Positions 48,208-57,759 of a stretch of 64,000 bases of DNA are shown piece after piece. The notes under the pieces are model-generated. The model saw only the letters and a list, made by a program, of their open reading frames with translations. It made no database searches and had not been told where the DNA came from. A program made the position numbers and the translations under genes. How positions within the stretch are numbered: position 1 is the first letter of the stretch; each line of letters opens with the position of its first letter. This DNA comes from an uncultured Actinomycetota bacterium (GTDB lineage: Bacteria > Actinomycetota > Thermoleophilia > Gaiellales > Gaiellaceae), in NCBI GenBank assembly GCA_963768435.1, contig CAVYIB010000017.1:8923-72922 (forward strand). Direction: 5' to 3'.

Positions 48208-49355
48208 CCCGTCCCGTGCGCGTCGAGATCGCGCGGACCCCAGAGCAGCTCGAGGGGCTTCGGCCGGCCTGGGAGGTGCTGCCCTGGGAGCGGGAGGAAG
48301 CGGCCTACCCTTACTTCACAGCAAGGCTGCGGACACGCGCCGGGGTCGTCGGCCCGTTCGCCGCCGTCGTGTACGAGGGCGACACGCCCACCGGCGGCCT
48401 CGCGGCACGGATCGAGATGCGACGGCTCGCCGCGAGCGTCGGCTACCGCGAGCTCTATGCGCCGACCGTGCGGGCGCTCCAGGTCGTCGACGGCGGGATC
48501 GCGGCCACGAACCGGGAGGCGGCCGCCGCGCTCGCGCAGGCCGTCACGGACGCGCTCGACACCGGCGACGCCGAGGTCGCGATGCTGCCGCCGCTCGAGG
48601 TCGACTCCGAGCTCGCAGCCGCCTTCGCCTCCGTCGGCGGCGCCTTCGCACGGCAGCCGCTGATCGCGCCCTGGACCCGCCGCCTGCTGCGGCTGCCCGG
48701 CAGCTTCGACGAGTTCCTCGCGTCGCGCAGCCACAAGACGCGCAAGGGCATCCGCCGCGACGCGAGACAGCTCGAAGCGGCCTTCGCCGAGACCCTCACC
48801 GTCGAGATCGTCCGCGACCCCGCCGACGCCGACCGGCTCGTGACCGAGGCCGACCGGGTCGCGCAGACGACCTACCAGCGCCGGCTCGGAGCCGGTTTTG
48901 CCGACACCGCCGAGCAGCGGGAGCTCGTACGCGTCGGGCTCGAGCACGGGTGGCTGCGCGGCTACCTCCTCCACCTCGAGGGCAAGGCCGTGGCGTACTG
49001 GCTGTGCTCGCCGTTCGGGCGGACGACCCTGCTTCGCACGGGCGGCTTCGACGGCGCCTACGCGGAGCACCGCGTCGGCATCTACCTCCTGATGCGCGTG
49101 ATCGAGGACGCCTGCGCCGACCCGGCGCTCGACGTCCTCGACTTCGGCCCGGGGGACGCGGCCTACAAGGAGCAGTACGCGAACGAGACGCGCGTCGAGC
49201 GCAACGCGGTCATCTTCGCCCCCACCTTCCGCGCCCGGAGGATCAACGCCACCCGCACCGCGATCCTCGGCCCGGCCAGGCTCGCGAAGGCCGGGCTCGA
49301 CGCAACCCAGCTCACCTCGCGCGTCAAGACCACCTTGCGCAGGCGCGCGACATGA
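48204..49355 (+). CDS. CelD/BcsL-like GNAT (Acetyltransf_6/FemAB-like) acyltransferase
   Basis: This is the tail of ORF 46242..49355, with GTG 48204 overlapping the upstream stop. The C-terminal motif is LDVLDFGPGDAAYKEQYANE. Confidence 0.7.
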   Translation: MTRPVRVEIARTPEQLEGLRPAWEVLPWEREEAAYPYFTARLRTRAGVVGPFAAVVYEGDTPTGGLAARIEMRRLAASVGYRELYAPTVRALQVVDGGIAATNREAAAALAQAVTDALDTGDAEVAMLPPLEVDSELAAAFASVGGAFARQPLIAPWTRRLLRLPGSFDEFLASRSHKTRKGIRRDARQLEAAFAETLTVEIVRDPADADRLVTEADRVAQTTYQRRLGAGFADTAEQRELVRVGLEHGWLRGYLLHLEGKAVAYWLCSPFGRTTLLRTGGFDGAYAEHRVGIYLLMRVIEDACADPALDVLDFGPGDAAYKEQYANETRVERNAVIFAPTFRARRINATRTAILGPARLAKAGLDATQLTSRVKTTLRRRAT

Positions 49356-49936
49356 AGCTCGCCACGGCGATCCAGCGGGCCCCGGTCATGCTCCGAAGCG
49401 CCCTTCGCGACCTGCGGCACGGCCGGCCGCTCGGCGGGACGGTCCGGAGCCGCCACGAGCACCTCGGCGCGTTCCACGCGACGAACTCGCCCTACGAGGA
49501 TCTCGACCGGGTGTTCCGCGACGTTGCGGTCGGCCCGACGGACGTGATCGTCGACGTGGGCTGCGGCAAGGGACGGTCGCTGAACTGGCTGATCGACCGC
49601 TTTCCCGCGAACGCCATCTTCGGCATCGAGCTCGACCCCGAGCTCTGCGGGGCGACAGCCAAACGGCTCCGCCGGCGCTCGAACGTCACCGTCGTCTGCG
49701 GCGACGCGACCGCGCTGATCCCGCCCGAGGGGACGGTCTTCTATCTCTTCAACCCCTTCGACGGCTCGGTGATGAGCCGCTTCGCCTCCGCGCTCCTCGA
49801 GCGCGGCCGGCCCGCCACGATCGTCTACTACAACGCGAAGTTCCTCGAGCCGTTCCGCGCCGACCCAAGGTTCTCGGTCCGCGAGCTCGACGATCCCGCG
49901 CTGGCGCACCGCTCGGCCGTCGTCACGCTCGGGTGA
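49352..49936 (+). CDS. Class I SAM-dependent methyltransferase
   Basis: This is the tail of ORF 48950..49936, with ATG 49352 overlapping the upstream stop (ATGA). Motif I is VIVDVGCGKGRSL. Confidence 0.75.
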   Translation: MKLATAIQRAPVMLRSALRDLRHGRPLGGTVRSRHEHLGAFHATNSPYEDLDRVFRDVAVGPTDVIVDVGCGKGRSLNWLIDRFPANAIFGIELDPELCGATAKRLRRRSNVTVVCGDATALIPPEGTVFYLFNPFDGSVMSRFASALLERGRPATIVYYNAKFLEPFRADPRFSVRELDDPALAHRSAVVTLG

Positions 49937-51208
49937 ATCCTCCCGTCCGGCGGAGGTGCCACACGATCACGCCCCAGGTAAGTGCGAACGCGACGGACGA
50001 GACGAGAACGGCGGCGCCGGCACCGGTGACGCCCCACTCCTTGCCGAACACGATGATCAGCGGGAGCATCACGACGGTCTCGACGCCGTGCGCGATCAGC
50101 CGCAGCCCCGGGCGCCCGATCGTGACCGGGAAGGTCTTCGTCCAGCTGAAGACGAGCTGGATCGCGGCGGCAACCAGGATCAGGCGCGCCGCGGAGTCGG
50201 CGCCGGCGTAGTCGGGGCCGAACAGGATGCGGATCAGCCACGGGATCGTCAGCAGCACCGGCACGAGCGCGAGCGCCGCGATCGCCGCGGAGCCGGCGAC
50301 GTAGCGGCGGATTCCCGCGATCACCACCTCGGGCCGGCCGTGCTCCCAGTCGCGGGTCTGCTCGCTGAGCAGGATCATGCGGAGGGGCGAGGAGACAGCG
50401 GCGAGCCCGTTCTGCGGCATCTGGGCGGCCCGGAAGAGACCGACCTCGCCGGCGCTGCGGACGATGCCGAGCGTGAGCGGGGCAATCCAGGTGCGAACCG
50501 AGATCAAGCCGGTGTACGCGGCGCTCTGGATCACGAACCTGATGATCGGCCCGCGATCGTCTCCGAGCGGGACAGGGGTCTGCGGACGGGAACGTCCGCA
50601 GGCTCCCGACGCCGATGCCGAGGATCGAGATCAGTCGTCAGCACCTGAGCGATCACGACGCCGATCACCGCCTGGGTCACCCCGTACTGCGCCCCGACCG
50701 CGATCCCGGCGAGCCGCAGGCCCATCGAGATCGTCAGCCAGGTCCCGCGCAGGTCGTAGCGGCCGGCGAGGATCAGCGAGGCCGCAGCGATCGACTCGAG
50801 CGCCTGGAGCGGCGGTAGCGTCGCCGCGATCAGGAGCGGCACCTCGAGGCCCGCGCCGCCCTTGAAGATGTCCGACGCGAACGGCGCGATCGCGACGATC
50901 AGCGCCGTCGCGACGAATGCCGCTGCGACCTCGCACGTGAACGCGAGCCGGATGAGCCGGTGGAAGCGGCCCCATTCCTCGTTGGCCGCGTACCGGAACC
51001 CGTACTTGACGAGCGCGTCGTCGCTCGTGAGCCACACGAGGAGAGCGAGGAAGTCGACGGTGCCGACGACGATCGTGAACTTGCCCGCGCCCGTCGGGCC
51101 GAGCACCCGCAGGGCGACGATCGCCGAGGCGAGGCCCAGGCCGACCGAGGCATAGACCCCGGCGAACGCCGCCACCCGCCGCCGCGTCAGGCCGAACGAG
51201 CGGAGCAC
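49923..51208 (-). CDS. wzx: MOP-superfamily polysaccharide flippase (Wzx-like), two frameshifts (about 50630-50635 and 50574-50577)
   Basis: ORF 50531..51208 reads (MLRSFGLTRRRVAAFAGVYASVGLGL...VIAQVLTT). A short middle frame follows (ISILGIGVGSLRTFPSADP). ORF 49923..50534 and its upstream extension complete it (VPLGDDRGPIIRFVIQSAAYTGLISV...). The protein is multi-TM throughout. Confidence 0.7.
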
Positions 51209-51833
51209 TCAGACGCTCGCGCTGCAGAAGACGCGGCCGGTGTACCGCGAGAGGAACATCCCGACCGGCCCGGTCCGCCCGGCTGCCTCGAGCGCGTTCG
51301 CCGCGAGGCCCGGGACGGCGCGGCGCTGCGGCACGAAGTAGGGGCGCATCTCGATCCGCGTGAAGCCCGCCGCACGGAGGTCGCGCTCGACCGTGACCGC
51401 CGGGTGGGCGGGCTGGCGGAAGTCGAAGACGAACTTCCGGGTCACGTACCCGGCGACACCCCGGAAGAAGCCGACCCGGTCTTCCGGCTGGTAGAAGGCC
51501 CGGAGGCAGATCGCCGCCTCGACAGGCGCCGCGGGGCGGTAGTCCTCGAAGCGCGCCTCGACGAACGCGCATTCCGGATGAAGCCGCTGTGCGACCTCGA
51601 TCATCCGGCTGCTCGAGTCGACCCCGATGTAGGTGAGGCCGTGCGCCACGCAGCGGGTCGGCCATGATCGCGTCGCCGCAACCGAGGTCGACCACGGTCG
51701 CGCCCGCCTCGAGCCGCGGCCCGAGCTCGACGATCACCCGGGCCCGGCCCGCCGAGTACCGGACCGGGTCCGCGTACTCACGCTCCGAGAACCCGTCGGC
51801 GAGCGCGTCGTACTTCTCCTCTGATGTGGTCAT
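51209..51833 (-). CDS. Class I SAM-dependent methyltransferase, frameshift near 51650
   Basis: From ATG 51833 the reading is MTTSEEKYDALADGFSEREYADPVRYSAG...VVDLGCGDAIMADPL. It continues in ORF 51209..51649 (VAHGLTYIGVDSSSRMIEVAQ...). Confidence 0.7.
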
Positions 51834-52570
51834 AGAGCCCGGAGCCTCTCGGGATGCTTGCGCACGAAGCGCAGGATTCCACGCCAGTGCCACAGCGTCC
51901 TCCGCGTCAGGAGCCGCCGGTCGGTGACAGCCTTGTGCTCGTGCCGCACGACCGCAGCCGGGATGTACCAGCGCTCCCAGCCGGCCTGCATCGCCCGGTA
52001 CTGCAGGTCGATGTCCTCGCCGTAGAGCCGGAAGCCCGGGTCGAGGCCGCCGAGCTCGTCGAGCATGGCGCGGCGCAGGAGCAGGAAGCCCCCGAGCATC
52101 CAGTCGGTCTCGACGGGCCCGTCCGGGGCGGCCTCGTCCAGATGAAGGTGATGCTCCTGCTTGACGACCCTCCGGAGCGGCGTCCGGCGGACGATCGTCC
52201 CACCGACCGTCGGGAAGCGTCGCCGGGACGGCTGGGGGCTGCCGTCGGGGTAGGTCATCCCCGGGCCCGCGACACCGCAGCGCGGATGCGCCTCCATGAA
52301 GTCGCGCAGCGCGGCCACGGCGCCGGGCGCGGCGACGGCGTCCGGGTTGGAGACGAGGACGGCCTCGCCGCTCGTCCGGGTGAGGCCGAGGTTGATGTTG
52401 GCGGCGTATCCGAGCGGACGGTCGTTGTGGAGGGCCTCGACACCGGGCGGAATGCTCCCCGGCACGTTCGCGATCACGAGCAGCTCGTCGACCTGCGGCT
52501 CGAGCGCCGGGAGCGACTCGGCCAGCTCGGCGGCGCTCCCGTGCGACACGACGATCGCGGAGACCTTCAC
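51830..52570 (-). CDS. Family 2 glycosyltransferase (rhamnosyltransferase-like)
   Basis: This is the last 246 aa of ORF 51830..54643, starting at GTG 52570. It carries VKVSAIVVSHGSAAEL, NDRPLGYAANINLG, SNPD and YGEDIDL. Confidence 0.8.
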   Translation of the reverse strand: MKVSAIVVSHGSAAELAESLPALEPQVDELLVIANVPGSIPPGVEALHNDRPLGYAANINLGLTRTSGEAVLVSNPDAVAAPGAVAALRDFMEAHPRCGVAGPGMTYPDGSPQPSRRRFPTVGGTIVRRTPLRRVVKQEHHLHLDEAAPDGPVETDWMLGGFLLLRRAMLDELGGLDPGFRLYGEDIDLQYRAMQAGWERWYIPAAVVRHEHKAVTDRRLLTRRTLWHWRGILRFVRKHPERLRAL

Positions 52571-53566
52571 GCCAGCACCCGCCGGTAGACCTCGGCGGTG
52601 CGGCGCGCGGTCTCGGTCCACGAGAAGGCCTTCGCGCGCTCGATCCCGGCGGCCGAAAGCCGCTCCCGATCGCCGAGAGCCTCGACGGCGGCCGCGGCGA
52701 AATCGCCTGCCGCCGCGTAGACGGCCGCATCTCCGCCGACCTCGCGGAGCGCGGGCTCGTCGGCCGCGACGACCGGCGTGCCGCAGGCCATCGCCTCGAC
52801 CACGGGCAGCCCGAACCCCTCGAACCGCGAGGGCAGGACGAGCAGCGCGGCGCCCCGGTAGAGGTCGGCCAGGGCCTCCTTGGGCAGATAGCCGCGCAGG
52901 TCGGCCCCGGCCGTGCGGAGCTTCTCGGCGAGCCGCGCGTCCTTCTCGGGGCCGACCACGACGAGCGGCAGGTCGACCGCCTTCGCGGCCGCGAGCGCCG
53001 ACAGCGGATCCTTGCGCTCCTGGATCGCGCCGACGAAGAGGACGTACCCGTCGTGCGCGCCTCCGGGCGTGAACGCGGGGTCGACGCCGTTCGGCGTGAC
53101 GGTCACCTTGCCTTCCGGCGACGCCGTAGCGCGCGAGGATGTCCCGTTTCGTTCGCTCCGACACGGTCAGCACGTGATCGGCCCGCCGAACAGCCCGCGG
53201 GACGAGCGCGCGAAACACGGTCCGGTCGGCGAAGCCCATCGTCGTGTCGGAGCCGTCGAACGAGAGGTCGTGCACGGTGACGACCGAGCGGCCGTGCCAG
53301 CCGAGCGGCAGGAAGTACTGGAGGTGCACGAGCTGCGGCTTCAGCCGGCGGAGGAGCCGCGGTAGCGAGTAGGCCATCCGCGCCTCGGAGAGCCGCGCGG
53401 GCAGCTCGATCGGCTCGATGCCGTCGGGAACCAGCTCGGGATGGCGCGTGACCGCGGCGAGCTCGAGATCGGCTGCGACGCCGGGCAGCTCCCGAAGCAG
53501 GTTCTGGACGTAGGTCTCGTCCCCCGTGCGCTGCCGGCCGAGGACGTCCGCGTCGATCAGGATCAC
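52567..53566 (-). CDS. Family 4 glycosyltransferase (GT4 no. 1), frameshift near 53119
   Basis: From GTG 53566 the reading is VILIDADVLGRQRTGDETYVQNLLREL...ILARYGV. It continues in ORF 52567..53106 and its upstream extension (PEGKVTVTPNGVD...PSRFEGFGLPVVEAMACGTPVV). Confidence 0.8.
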
Positions 53567-54483
53567 GAAACCTCCGCGTAGACCTCGGTGGTCAGGCGGG
53601 CGACCTCGGCCCAGGTGGCGCCCCGCCGCGGCGCGGCGGCAGCGGCGCGCGCGATTCCGTCGCGGATCGAGGCCGTGTCGGTGGGGTCGACGTAGACCGC
53701 GTCGTCGCCCGCCAGCTCGGCCATCGGGCTTCCTTCGGTCGTGACGACGGGGCAGCCGCAGGCGAGCGCCTCGGCAACCGGGATGCCGAAGCCCTCGTAG
53801 AGCGAGGCGTAGACGAGGCACCGGGCCCCGCGGTAGAGCGCCGCCAGCTCGTCGTCGCCGACCTCGCCGAGCCACGTGACGTTCGCCGGCGGCTCGACGT
53901 TCCCCCAGCCGCGGGCGCCGACCACGCGCAGCTCGCCGTCGACCGCGGCGGCGATCCGGGCGAGGTTCTTGCGCGGCTCGAGCGTCCCGACGGCGAGCAC
54001 GTAGTCGCCCTCCGCCCGGGGCCCTTCGGGCGTGAACACGTCCTCGACGGCATTCGGCACGACTCTGATCTTGGCCGCCGGGACGGCGAGCAGGTCGCGT
54101 AGCTCCCCGGCGGTGAACTCCGAGACGGCGATCACCCGCGAGGCGGCGCGCACGACGCGAGGAACGGCGCGGCTCGAGTAGGTCCGCGTCCACCGGTTGA
54201 ACCACTCGGGGTGACGCAGCACGGCGAGGTCGTGCACCGTCACGACGAGCGGGACGCGCGAGGAGAACGGCCCGCGGAAGGTCGGGCAATGCAGGACGTC
54301 GGCGTCGGGGACGCGCAGGCGCGGGTACCAGAGCGCGTCGGCCGCGACGGCCCGCACGCGCGAGGTGGCGGGGAAGGACGTCTGGATCACCGGCACGTCG
54401 AGGTGCTCGAGCAGCCCGCGCAGGTACCGCGCCGTCCCGGCGCGGGTCTGGAGGAGCGGCGTCGTGTCGATGCCTACGAGAAT
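53563..54483 (-). CDS. Family 4 glycosyltransferase (GT4 no. 2), start codon unclear
   Basis: This is the tail of ORF 53563..55194. It reads ILVGIDTTPLLQTRAGTARYL...ASLYEGFGIPVAEALACGCPVV. The homologous N-terminus begins at ATT 54483. The nearest in-frame GTG is at 54525. Confidence 0.75.
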   Translation of the reverse strand: MLVGIDTTPLLQTRAGTARYLRGLLEHLDVPVIQTSFPATSRVRAVAADALWYPRLRVPDADVLHCPTFRGPFSSRVPLVVTVHDLAVLRHPEWFNRWTRTYSSRAVPRVVRAASRVIAVSEFTAGELRDLLAVPAAKIRVVPNAVEDVFTPEGPRAEGDYVLAVGTLEPRKNLARIAAAVDGELRVVGARGWGNVEPPANVTWLGEVGDDELAALYRGARCLVYASLYEGFGIPVAEALACGCPVVTTEGSPMAELAGDDAVYVDPTDTASIRDGIARAAAAAPRRGATWAEVARLTTEVYAEVS

Positions 54484-55552
54484 CGCTTGTACCCCTCGAG
54501 GAAGAGCTCGCCGGTGCGCTGCCACGAGAACTCTGCGGCGTGCGCGAGCCCGAGCACGCGCAGCTCCTCGCGGCGGCCGAGAGCCTCGCGGATCGCGGCG
54601 GCCATCGCTTCCGGGCTCTCGGGGTCGCAGCGGACAGCGGCATCGCCGGAGGCCTCGTTCAGCGACGGGTGCGAGGAGGCGACGACGGGTGCGCCGCACG
54701 CCATCGCCTCGGTGATCGGCATCCCGAAGCCCTCGAACCGCGACGGATAGACGACCGCAGCGGCTCCCCGGTAGAGCGCGGCAAGCTCCTCGTCCGACAC
54801 CCGCCCGAGGCGCACGACTCCCGGCCGGTCGAGCTCGGGCTGCTCGCCCCAGCCCGGCGCCGCCGACGACGGCGAGCTCGAGCCCGGGCTCGGCGAGGGC
54901 CCCGAACGCCTCGACGAGGGTGCCGAGGTTCTTGCGCGGCTCGAGCGTCGCGACGGTGAGCAGGTAGGGAGCCTCGCGCCCAGCCGTGGGCCCGTCTGCG
55001 TGGTACTCGGCGGCGATCCCGGGCTGCGCCACGACGATCCGTTCGCGCGGGAAGCCGAGGGTCGCCGCGACGTCGTCGGCGGTGAACGCCGAGTTGGCGA
55101 AGATGACGTTGCACGTCGCCGCGGTGTGCGCGTACTTGCGCGTGTGCATCGAGTGCGTCCGCCCGGTCACCCACTCCGGATAGTGGAGCGGCACGAGGTC
55201 GTGGATCGTCGTCGCGCGCAGGCCGCGCCTTCTGGGGCGGGTACATCCAGTCGGTGAAGTGGAGCACGTCGAAGTCGCCGAGCCAGCGCTCAGCCGGCGG
55301 CCAGCCCGCCCGCGACCACGCCGTGCGCCAGGCGTGGGCGCCGATGAACGTCTTCAGCCGCAGCTCGAGCGGGATCCCGTCGAGCACCTCGGCGATCGTC
55401 CGGCGCCCGGCAGGCGAGGTCGGGGCGAAGGCCACGATCCGGTCGCCGGCCTTCTCTGCCGCCTCCGCCAGCCCGCGCAGCGAGCCGAGGATGTAGTTGT
55501 TCACGCCCGTCCGCTCGTGCGAGAGCGGCGAGACGTCGAAGGCGATCCTCAC
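54474..55552 (-). CDS. Family 4 glycosyltransferase (GT4 no. 3), two frameshifts (about 55228 and 54852)
   Basis: From GTG 55552 the reading is VRIAFDVSPLSHERTGVNNYILG...HFTDWMYPPQK. It continues as RGLRATTIHDLVPLHYPEW...AVVGGAG, then WGEQPELDRPGVVRLGRVSDEELAALYRG...PSRFEGFGMPITEAMACGAPVV. Confidence 0.75.
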
Positions 55553-57658
55553 GGGTTGTAGGTGAAGTTCAGGAAGTGGGCGCCGAGGGGCCGGGTGTCG
55601 ATCGAGCCGGGCTCGACCTTGGCCGGGATGAGCGTGCGCCCGACGGTGAAGCGAACCAGGCAGCGCCCGTTCGACCCGGGCCGGAGCGGCACCGTCAGCG
55701 TCGTCGGCGTGTTCACGGGAATCGTCTTGCGGCCGACGACGGCGCCGTTCTCGGTCGCGACGACCGTTTGCGGCCGCGTGAAGAGGCGCGAGTCGCCCTG
55801 GAGCTGAACGTCGACCGAGCCGCCCGTGCACTCGACCCGCTGGTAGGTGACGTGCCGGCCCGACCACGTCTCGTTCGGGTAGAGGCCCACCACGCTCGGG
55901 AGGATCACGATCGGCCCGTTCACGCGATAGAGCGCGACGCCGGCCGGATCGGACGCGATCTGCTTGCCGGCCAGCTCGACGTTTCCGGATGCGAGGACGT
56001 ACTGCGCGTGGACCGGCTTGCCGTCCGCCGACGCGAGCTCGCCGTTCGGCTGCCGCGCGACGTCGGTCTCGGGCAGCGGGTCCGGCCGCGCGGCGCCGTC
56101 GACGTCGTAGACCGTGCGGACGCTGCGGTTGAAGAACTCGTTCTCGTAGACCGGGTAGGGCGAGGGCATCGACCCCGTCCAGAGCACCGAGACTGCCGCG
56201 TGCTGCCCGACGAGCCGGTCGATCCAGTCCGGGTGGAGCATGTGCGTGCCCGACCAGAGCGAGTTGACGGTCGTCTTGTGGATCCCATGCCGGCCGTTCT
56301 CGACCACGTAGGCCGTGCCGACGAAGTACAGGGCGACGAGCGCCGGGAGCACGAGCGCATAACGGCGCGGCAGGAAGACGAACAGCGCGCCCGCGGCGAG
56401 GGCGACGGCGAGCGCGGCCCAGCGCACCTGCGGGAGGTGGATCAGGTTGTCCTGCGCCCACCACCACGGCAGGAGCGCGAAGGTGTCGGAGAGGGCGCTC
56501 GCGTTGATGAAGCGCGTGTACGGGATGAAGAACGGCAGGATCCCCGCGACGACGGCAGCCGCGACGAGCACGCGGCGGCGGCGCGTGATCACGCCGTCGA
56601 CGGACAGGCCGACGAGGGCGATCAGGGCGAGAGGGGCGAGGTAGAAGGTGTTCCGCTCCTCGATCCGGTTGACATAGCTCGCCGAGGCGAACGCCGCGAC
56701 CTCGGCGATCAGCCAGACGCTCAGCGCGAGCGAGGCGGCAGCAAACGCTCGAGCGCCCGGCGTCGGCCGGCGCGGCGCAAGCCAGAGCGCGAGGAGCGCG
56801 GCGAACGGGACGATGCCGAGGTACAGGTCGAGATCGGAGACGTGGTAGAGGAAGAAGTGGAGGATCCCGCTCACCGTGTAGGAGCTCGACGTCGCCGCGC
56901 GGTAGGCGCCGAGCAGGCTGAGCGGTGACCGGCCCGCGGCGGTCGTCGCCGCCAGGGCGAGCAGCGCCCCGCCCCCGAGGAGCCCGTACAGCCATCCGTA
57001 CCGCCGCACCGTCGCCCGGGCGCCGCGCCGCTCGATCAGCGCCAGCAGCACCGGCGCCGTCGCGACGGCGGCGAAGAGCGCCACCGCCTGCGCGCGCGTC
57101 TCGAACGCCACGCCGCAGACGACGAGCAGCAGCGATCTGGCGGAATGCCGTCGGCGCCTCCAGCGTCAACACGAGCAGGAACGCGGCGAGGACGAACAGC
57201 GGGTAGAACGCGTTCTCGGTCATCAGCATCCCCGTGTAGAGCATCGAGGGGATGAGCACCGCGAGCCCGGCGCAGATCAGCGAGAGCGTCGCCGGCAGCA
57301 GCCGCCGCGCCAGGAAGTACGCGGGGATCGCGGCGAGCGACATCAGGACGGCGTTGAAGGCCTTCGCGGCCGTATAGGCGTCGGGGACGCCCGAGAAGAG
57401 CCGCCACGCCGGCGAGATCAGGACCGGGTAGACGAACCCGTAGCCGTGCGAGGGAACGCCCCGGACGAGGAACTGACCGTGCGCCGCGACGTTCTTCGCG
57501 AGCTCGGAGTAGACGATCTCGTCGACCATGATCCACGGGGCGACCATCCGGTGGCCGAGCGCCACGCGGACGACGATCGAGCAGACGACGATCCCCGTGA
57601 GCCACAAGCCCGCCGGGATCGCGACGGCCCGCGCACGGGCGCCCGTAATAGCGCTCAT
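55549..57658 (-). CDS. GT-C-like polytopic membrane glycosyltransferase candidate (paralog 2), frameshift near 57130-57134
   Basis: From ATG 57658 the reading is MSAITGARARAVAIPAGLWLTGIVVCSIVVRVALGHRMVAPWIMVDEIVYSELAKN...EAPTAFRQIA. It continues in ORF 55549..57111 and its upstream extension (LLLVVCGVAFETRAQAV...). It has the same architecture as 46099..48207. Confidence 0.65.
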
Positions 57659-57759
57659 TCCCGCTCCCGGCACCGGCGAAGCCGGCACCTCCGCTCAATT
57701 TTGAGCTCCGTCGAGCCTACGCTCCGCCTTTTTATGAGCTCCGTCGAGCCTACGCTCAT
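57655..57759 (-). CDS. MSVG mini-ORF C (34 codons) / duplicated leader cassette upstream of GT-C paralog 2
   Basis: The peptide is MSVGSTELIKRRSVGSTELKIERRCRLRRCRERE. Its ATG overlaps the GT4 no. 4 stop (ATGA) and its TGA overlaps the GT-C ATG (ATGA). It contains a 33-nt in-frame tandem duplication. Confidence 0.35.
   Translation of the reverse strand: MSVGSTELIKRRSVGSTELKIERRCRLRRCRERE
57702..57757. repeat. Perfect 23-nt direct repeat TGAGCTCCGTCGAGCCTACGCTC x2 (57702-57724 and 57735-57757), period 33 nt
   Basis: Read directly from the sequence. A/T-rich spacers flank the copies (AATTT and TTTTTA on the + strand). Confidence 0.9.

Noticed and set aside
50631-57688. Three very long minus-strand ORFs (50631..52730, 51830..54643, 54659..57688)
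   Set aside because: Each carries real segments of two or three adjacent genes that happen to share a frame because of frameshifts. These are joined by Arg/Gly/Pro-rich off-frame stretches. They were resolved into individual GT, methyltransferase and GT-C genes.
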